A program made the translations under genes and the position numbers. A stretch of 64,000 nucleotides of DNA from an uncultured Verrucomicrobiae bacterium (lineage in GTDB: Bacteria; Verrucomicrobiota; Verrucomicrobiia; Chthoniobacterales; Terrimicrobiaceae). The stretch covers positions 64,001 through 128,000 of the forward strand of contig CAVPOC010000006.1 of NCBI GenBank assembly GCA_963706955.1. The letters run 5' to 3'. A model generated the notes under the pieces. That model was given only the letters and a program-made list of their open reading frames with translations, was not told the origin of the DNA and made no database searches. Below, in pieces: positions 58,272 through 64,000 of the stretch (positions are counted from its first letter, which is position 1; each line of letters starts with the position of its first letter).

Positions 58272-60953
58272 GTGCCGAACGAGCCGAAGAGACCTGATCC
58301 CGATAAGCTTCTCGCCGCCATCAAGTCGGGTGAGGCGCGCGCGAAGCGAGGGACTCTACGCATCTTTTTCGGCATGGCACCGGGAGTGGGCAAAACCTAC
58401 GCCATGCTGCGGGCGGCAAAGCAGCGGCTTGCCGAAGGTGTAGATGTGGTCGCCGGCGTCATTGAAACCCATGGTCGCGCCGAGACTGAAGCGCTTTTGT
58501 TCGATTTCCCTCAGATTCCGCGACAGAAGGTGGAGTATCGTGGCATTGAGTTGAGTGAATTCGATCTCGATGCAGTGCTCGAGCGCAAGCCGCGGCTGAC
58601 GCTCGTGGATGAGCTGGCTCATACGAATGCGCCCGGTAGCCGGCATCCGAAACGCTACCAGGACGTGCTCGAACTTCTCGATGCCGGAATCGACGTTTAC
58701 ACGACGCTCAACGTGCAGCACGTCGATAGTCGCGCCGATATCGTGGCACAAATCAGCGGCACGATTGTGCGCGAGACGGTGCCGGATTCCGTTCTCGATG
58801 CTGCTGAGGTCGAGCTGGTGGACCTCACGCCAGACCACCTGTTGAAGCGCCTGGCCGAGGGGAAGGTCTACCTCGGTGATCGCGCCGTTGCCGCTGCGGA
58901 AAACTTTTTCAAGCCAGGGAACCTAACCGCGTTACGGGAAATGGCCTTGCGGTTTACCGCCGAACGGGTGAATCACGAGCTCCGCGATTTCATGCGCTCG
59001 CGCCAGATTGTCGGGCCGTGGAAAGCTGGCGAGCGCCTCTTGGTTGCGGTGAGTTCCAGTCCTTACTCCGAGCCGCTCATTCGCTGGACGCGCCGAGCGG
59101 CGGCGGGCCTCGATTCGCCGTGGATTGCCGTGCACGTTGAATCCACCAAGTCGCTTTCCGATGAGGAAAAAACCCGTCTCACCCGAAACCTGTCACTGGC
59201 ACGTGAACTCGGCGGGGAAGTGATCGCCACAACCGGTGAAGATATTGTCGAAGCGCTCTTGCGCATCGCGCGACAGAACAACGTCACGCAAATCGTGCTC
59301 GGGAAATCATTTCGGCCCCCTTTTTTCGATTTCATCCGCGGCGGCTCGCTAGTCGATCGGGTCATCCGCAAAAGCGGCAACATCGACGTTTACGTCGTTC
59401 GTGCAGAAACCGAGGAGAGAACGGCGACGCGTTTCCGGCAGACACCGACCTTTGCCCCCGCCCGCGAATACTTGATTGCAGTCGGTGGCGTCGCTTTGCT
59501 CACCCTAGCATGTTCATTTCTTACACCGATTACCGGCTACTGGGCCATCTCGCTTATCTACCTGACGGCTGTGTTGCTGGCGGGCCTCATTCTCAGCCGC
59601 GGACCCGTATTGGTCGTGGCAGGCCTAAGTGCATTGCTCTGGGACTTCCTCTTCATCCCGCCGCTCTTCACGTTCTACATCGGCAAGGCGCAAGATGCGC
59701 TGATGTTCGTCATGTATTTCGTCGTCGCGCTTGTGGTAGGGCATCTCACAGGGAGGCTGAAAGCGCGCGAGCAAACCGAACGCCGCCGCGAGCAGCGAGC
59801 AACCGCACTCTATCAAGTCGTCCGCGCGCTAGCCGCGGCGCCGTCGCTGGATAACGCCTTCGTCGCCGCGGCACGCCAGATCAACGATCTGCTGACCGCG
59901 AAATCGACGGTGCTCTTCGACCCGGCGCTCTTTGATCCGGACAGTGGAAGCTCAGAGCTAATCCCGTATCCGCTGAGTCTCGCGGCGATGTCGGAAAAGG
60001 AGAAAGGTGTGGCCACCTGGTGCTACTTGAACGGCCAGCCAGCAGGCCGTTTGACCGACACGTTGCGCGAAGCGGACGCCCTCTATCTTCCGATCAAACG
60101 GCTTAAAGACACCGTCGGCGTCCTCCGCGTGGAGCTACCTGAAGACGCTGGGCTTTCCTTCGCGGAACGTCAGCTTCTCGAGGCCTTTGCTGATCAGCTC
60201 GCCGAAGTGATCGAACGCGAGCGACTGATCCAAGTCGCACATCGCGCGCAGCTAACCGCGGAAGCCGAGCGGCTCCGTAAAACTCTGCTCGACTGCGTAT
60301 CGCACGAGCTGAAGACCCCGATTGCCGCGGTCACCGCAGCCAGCGAGAGCCTCCTGCGCGAAGTGCCGCTCGCCATGCAGCAGGAACTCGCGCGCGAAGT
60401 CCAGCAAGGTGCCAAACGGCTCAATCGGGTGGTTAATCACCTTCTCGACATGACGCGCATTGAGAGCGGCGTGCTCAAGCCAAAACTGGAGTGGTGCGAA
60501 GTGCGCGAGCTGCTGCAATCCGCACAGGAGACAGAGCGCGATGCGCTCGCCGGACGCGAGGTGGCGATCAGCGTCCCGGTGACTACGCCGCTAATATTAG
60601 TCGATGTTTCATTGATCGAGCAAGCTGTCGGGAAGCTTCTCGTAAATGCCGCCAGCTATAGCCCGGCCGGGACACCCATTGAGGTCACCGCAAACTTCGA
60701 CGGCAGCGACCTTCGCATTTCCGTGAGCGACCAAGGCGCGGGTCTGCAGCCTGGAGACGAACAACGGGTCTTTGAGAAGTTCTATCGTGGTGATGGTGCG
60801 CGGGCGGGTGGACTTGGCTTGGGCCTCTCGATCGCGCGTGGCTTTGTTGAGGCACATGGCGGCAAGATCATCTCGGAAAATCGACCGGAAGGCGGCGCCT
60901 GCTTCACGATCTCTGTGCCCGTGGCAACCTCCCGTTTAGATCGAACTGCATGA
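58272..60953 (+). CDS. kdpD: sensor histidine kinase KdpD
   Basis: GMAPGVGKTYAML, VDELAHTNAPGSRH.KRYQDV, USP domain, 4 TM, GAF, SHELKTP, GGLGLGLSI. Confidence 0.96.
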   Translation: MPNEPKRPDPDKLLAAIKSGEARAKRGTLRIFFGMAPGVGKTYAMLRAAKQRLAEGVDVVAGVIETHGRAETEALLFDFPQIPRQKVEYRGIELSEFDLDAVLERKPRLTLVDELAHTNAPGSRHPKRYQDVLELLDAGIDVYTTLNVQHVDSRADIVAQISGTIVRETVPDSVLDAAEVELVDLTPDHLLKRLAEGKVYLGDRAVAAAENFFKPGNLTALREMALRFTAERVNHELRDFMRSRQIVGPWKAGERLLVAVSSSPYSEPLIRWTRRAAAGLDSPWIAVHVESTKSLSDEEKTRLTRNLSLARELGGEVIATTGEDIVEALLRIARQNNVTQIVLGKSFRPPFFDFIRGGSLVDRVIRKSGNIDVYVVRAETEERTATRFRQTPTFAPAREYLIAVGGVALLTLACSFLTPITGYWAISLIYLTAVLLAGLILSRGPVLVVAGLSALLWDFLFIPPLFTFYIGKAQDALMFVMYFVVALVVGHLTGRLKAREQTERRREQRATALYQVVRALAAAPSLDNAFVAAARQINDLLTAKSTVLFDPALFDPDSGSSELIPYPLSLAAMSEKEKGVATWCYLNGQPAGRLTDTLREADALYLPIKRLKDTVGVLRVELPEDAGLSFAERQLLEAFADQLAEVIERERLIQVAHRAQLTAEAERLRKTLLDCVSHELKTPIAAVTAASESLLREVPLAMQQELAREVQQGAKRLNRVVNHLLDMTRIESGVLKPKLEWCEVRELLQSAQETERDALAGREVAISVPVTTPLILVDVSLIEQAVGKLLVNAASYSPAGTPIEVTANFDGSDLRISVSDQGAGLQPGDEQRVFEKFYRGDGARAGGLGLGLSIARGFVEAHGGKIISENRPEGGACFTISVPVATSRLDRTA

Positions 60954-61639
60954 AAACTGGCCCTGTCGCCCTGATCATCGATGACGAAAAACAGATTCGC
61001 CGCCTCGTCAGATTTGCCTTGGAAAGCGAGCGCTACCAAGTCTTCGACGCGGAGAGCGCAGAGCAAGGACTGACCGAAGCCGTCTATCGCCGGCCGGATG
61101 TTGTCGTCCTCGATCTTGGACTACCTGACATGGACGGCGTCGAGGTGCTGCGCCGTCTCCGGGAATGGAGCCAAGCCCCGGTGCTGATTCTGTCCGTTCG
61201 CGATGACCCTGACGAGAAGGTCGCCGCACTCGATGCTGGCGCCGACGACTACGTTACAAAGCCGTTTAACACCGCCGAGTTGCTCGCGCGGCTGCGTGTT
61301 ATCCAGCGTCGCTCACTTGCCGAGTCCGGCGAACCAATCTTCGAATGCGGAGGCCTTCGCGTCGACCTGGCCGCGCGCCGGGTCACGTTTGACGGCGCCG
61401 AGGTCAAACTGACTGCGACCGAGTATGGGCTCCTCCGAACCCTGGTGCAGCACGCTGGAAAAGTGGTCACGCACAAGCAGCTCCTGCGATCGGTATGGGG
61501 CGAGAAAGCCGAAAACCAGGCACAGTACCTCCGCGTTCATATCACGCACGTGCGGCAGAAAATCGAACCTGACAGCGCTCATCCACGCCTCATCAAGACT
61601 GAGACCGGCATCGGTTATCGACTCAGTCTTGAGATGTGA
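60950..61639 (+). CDS. kdpE: response regulator KdpE
   Basis: IDDE, LDLGLPDMDG, ALDAGADDYVTKPF, winged helix YLRVHI..VRQKIE...TETGIGYR. Confidence 0.95.
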   Translation: MKTGPVALIIDDEKQIRRLVRFALESERYQVFDAESAEQGLTEAVYRRPDVVVLDLGLPDMDGVEVLRRLREWSQAPVLILSVRDDPDEKVAALDAGADDYVTKPFNTAELLARLRVIQRRSLAESGEPIFECGGLRVDLAARRVTFDGAEVKLTATEYGLLRTLVQHAGKVVTHKQLLRSVWGEKAENQAQYLRVHITHVRQKIEPDSAHPRLIKTETGIGYRLSLEM

Positions 61640-61692
61640 GGCGAACGCTGCGCGGCTTCTGCCATTCATGTTTGGTATTAATTTTACCTCCA

Positions 61693-61766
61693 ATGAAGTC
61701 CACCCACGGACTCCCTGTGGTCGCATTGGAGCTCTTGGGATCATGTATGGCGACATTGGCGCCTAA
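61693..61766 (+). pseudogene. kup: remnant of a KUP/HAK/KT potassium transporter N-terminus
   Basis: IGALGIMYGDIGA* resembles the Kup LGALGVVYGDIGTSPLY signature; one frameshift from ATG 61693, then a stop. Confidence 0.65.
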
Positions 61767-62054
61767 GTTCGAGCCATCACGCGCGAAGGCCCGCAGAATT
61801 TTTCAAGCCACCTAATAACTGCACCATTGGAGGCAGGGCAGGTCGAAATCAATTAGAAAATAGAATCCTGCTTGAAGATTATCTAAGAGGGCTCCTAGAG
61901 CTAGTTTGTCCACGGCTGATGTGGATGCGCTGAGGCCAAAGCTTGTGCGAGTGGAGCGAAGATGTGGTCGGGTTCGCCAAGATTACTAGCGGGACAAGCC
62001 GGTCAGAATTAGCTATGGAAAACAGACCATGGGCAGTTCAATCCAAAGCCAGAG

Positions 62055-63728
62055 ATGAGCTGGCTGGAGACGATAGAAAAGACCAACGTGGTCGCGCACG
62101 CAGTTTTGGTGCTGTGTGTAGTCTCGATTGCCGGGTTCGCCATCGCTGCGATCAAGATTCGCGGGATTGGGCTGGGTAGCGCCGGTGTGCTTTTTGCAGG
62201 GCTGCTCTTCGGTCATTTTGGATGGCACATCCAACATGAGGTGCTCGACTTTGCGCGTGAATTTGGGCTGATCCTTTTCGTCTTTACAATCGGCTTGCAG
62301 ATCGGCCCCGGTTTCTTCGCATCCTTGCAGCGGCAGGGCTTGGCTTTGAATATTTGCGCCGCGGCAATCGTCATCGGAGGAGCTGGCCTGGCGGCTCTTA
62401 CGGTGCCGCTTCTCGGCAACAGTTCCTTCGAGGCGGCTGGTTTGTTTTCGGGAGCCACCACCAACACTCCTTCCCTTGGGGCTGCGCAGGAGGCGATCTC
62501 GGCCGTACCCTCCGCGACGAGCGAGGATAGAGCGCTGCCGGCATTGGCGTACGCGGTCGCTTACCCGGGCGGGGTCTTCGGAATTATCGCCAGCGTGATT
62601 TTGTTGGGAAAGATCTTCCGAGTGAAGGAAGACGCCGAGTTGGAGGCATTCGAGACCGAGAGACGCAGTCAGATTGTCCCGCTGCACCGGCGAGCGCTCG
62701 AGATTACCAACACAAATCTCGATGGCATCCGGGTCGGAAAAATTCCCGGCGTCCACGGTGAGGGGATTGCCGTCTCCAGACTGAAATCGTCGAGCGAAGA
62801 TGAAATCCGGCTTGCCACCGACGAGGCTGTCGTGCGCGTCGGGGACATCTTGCTTGCTGTCGGCACGGAGGAAGCACTGGACAGCTTTCAACAGATCGTT
62901 GGGACGATCTCCAATGTCGATCTGATGCAAACTCCGGCGCGCATGGAATTTCGGCATCTTCTGGTGACGCGCAAGGAAGTGCTCGGAAAATCGCTGCGTC
63001 AACTGGCCTTGAGCACGCTCTGTGGGGTCGTGGTGACGCGCGTGCTACGAGGCGGCGTGGAGATCACCGCTCGTGCGGACTTCCGCGTCGAGTTTGGGGA
63101 TACTCTGCATGTGGTCGGCGATGCCGAAGGACTGGATGAGGCCGCAGCCCTCGTCGGCAACTCGAGAAAAGAGCTGACCCAAACCCACTTTCTGCCCGTG
63201 TTTGCCGGCATCGGCCTCGGTGTCGTTGCGGGCCTCATTCCGATTGCCATGCCGGGCCTGCCTGTGCCGGTGCGGCTTGGGCTCGCCGGAGGTCCCTTGG
63301 TGGCGGCGATCTTGCTAAGCTGGTTGGGCCGGATCGGTCGGGTTGTCTGGTACATGTCCTCGGGCGCGAATCTCGCTTTAAGAGAACTTGGCATTGTGCT
63401 CTTTCTCGCCTGCGTCGGGCTGAAGGCGGGATCGCGCTTCATGGAGACACTGCTAAGCCAGGACGGTCCCCTCTGGCTCCTGGCGGGCTTATCCATCACC
63501 GTCGTTCCACTGCTGGTTGTGGGTATCGTGGCGCGGGTTCTGCTCAAGATGAACTTTGTCGTTCTCAGCGGTCTGATCGCCGGAAGCATGACCGATCCTC
63601 CTGCGCTCGCGTTCGCCAACACCCTTATGAAGAGCGATGCGCCTTCGGTTTCCTATGCGGCGGTATATCCGCTGACCATGCTCCTGCGCATTCTTTGCGC
63701 GCAATTTCTCGTCCTGCTCTTTGTCTAG
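62055..63728 (+). CDS. YidE/YbjL/AspT family transporter with two TrkA-C domains
   Basis: LGSAGVLFAGL, FGLILFVFTIG.QIGPGFF, SGATTNTPSLGAA, LGLAGGPL, GSMTDPPALAFA, YAAVYP. Confidence 0.92.
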   Translation: MSWLETIEKTNVVAHAVLVLCVVSIAGFAIAAIKIRGIGLGSAGVLFAGLLFGHFGWHIQHEVLDFAREFGLILFVFTIGLQIGPGFFASLQRQGLALNICAAAIVIGGAGLAALTVPLLGNSSFEAAGLFSGATTNTPSLGAAQEAISAVPSATSEDRALPALAYAVAYPGGVFGIIASVILLGKIFRVKEDAELEAFETERRSQIVPLHRRALEITNTNLDGIRVGKIPGVHGEGIAVSRLKSSSEDEIRLATDEAVVRVGDILLAVGTEEALDSFQQIVGTISNVDLMQTPARMEFRHLLVTRKEVLGKSLRQLALSTLCGVVVTRVLRGGVEITARADFRVEFGDTLHVVGDAEGLDEAAALVGNSRKELTQTHFLPVFAGIGLGVVAGLIPIAMPGLPVPVRLGLAGGPLVAAILLSWLGRIGRVVWYMSSGANLALRELGIVLFLACVGLKAGSRFMETLLSQDGPLWLLAGLSITVVPLLVVGIVARVLLKMNFVVLSGLIAGSMTDPPALAFANTLMKSDAPSVSYAAVYPLTMLLRILCAQFLVLLFV

Positions 63729-63755
63729 CTCGGGGCAAAAAGAATCCAACCTGGG

Positions 63756-63982
63756 CCTGGGGCAAACACCCCAGGAAATGGCGTCCACATGTGAGTAGCG
63801 CTGAAAGCGTGATTCAGGCATGAGGAACATCACCGGGCCGCGTTTCCGGAAGAGAAGTATCGCCGCAAGGCAGCCTCGAGAAAGCGAAGATACATTTGAA
63901 TCGCACTTTCAGCGCTAGGTGCGAGAGATGTGGATTTCTCTGGCGGTGCTCGAGGCTAATATGATTCGCGCCCTTGGCGCTG
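63756..63982. repeat. nested inverted-repeat (REP/MITE-like) element, copy B
   Basis: CCTGGGG-caaaca-CCCCAGG; AGCGCTGAAAGCGTGATTCA (63797-63816) / TGAATCGCACTTTCAGCGCT (63897-63916); CGCGCCCTTGGCGCTG (63967-63982) identical to 48363-48378. Confidence 0.7.
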
Positions 63983-64000
63983 GAGGGCTGCGGGGCCGGA

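Noticed and set aside
1..64000. CRISPR array, rRNA, intact transposase/integrase, prophage or recognisable defence system
   Set aside because: No regularly spaced direct repeats or diagnostic motifs were found by eye.

Overview
A GC-rich bacterial chromosomal segment. Gene content and style suggest a soil Verrucomicrobiota (Spartobacteria-like) genome, but that is inference only. It contains: a molybdenum-cofactor operon (moaA, a moaD missing from the ORF track, moaE, moeA, moaC, mog); housekeeping genes (asd, nth, pgi, nusA-infB, a class B PBP, polyprenyl synthase, radC, lpxA); a small accessory patch with a broken GH1 gene and an uncharacterised membrane protein; a SAM-I riboswitch driving a ThrC-like enzyme plus a sulfur-carrier protein; larC; tRNA-Lys(CTT); and a kdpABC-DE locus in which kdpABC carry about 10 single-base indels (probably consensus errors), followed by a kup remnant. 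The best candidate for an undescribed system is 39.5-47.6 kb. There a Crp/Fnr-family regulator with two FNR-type boxes flanks flavohemoglobin (hmp) and a five-gene operon: a NarI-like membrane cytochrome b, a cytoplasmic Nas-type Mo-bisPGD nitrate reductase, a tetra-[4Fe-4S] subunit, a membrane-anchored Rieske protein, and a NarK porter with an extra N-terminal two-helix domain. This architecture is none of canonical Nar, Nap or Nas. Other signals are a recurrent TAnnnT-N6-8-start motif suggesting many leaderless mRNAs, and two families of palindromic REP/MITE-like repeats, one of which coincides with a truncated gene. All product calls come from motif recognition by eye; no searches were run.
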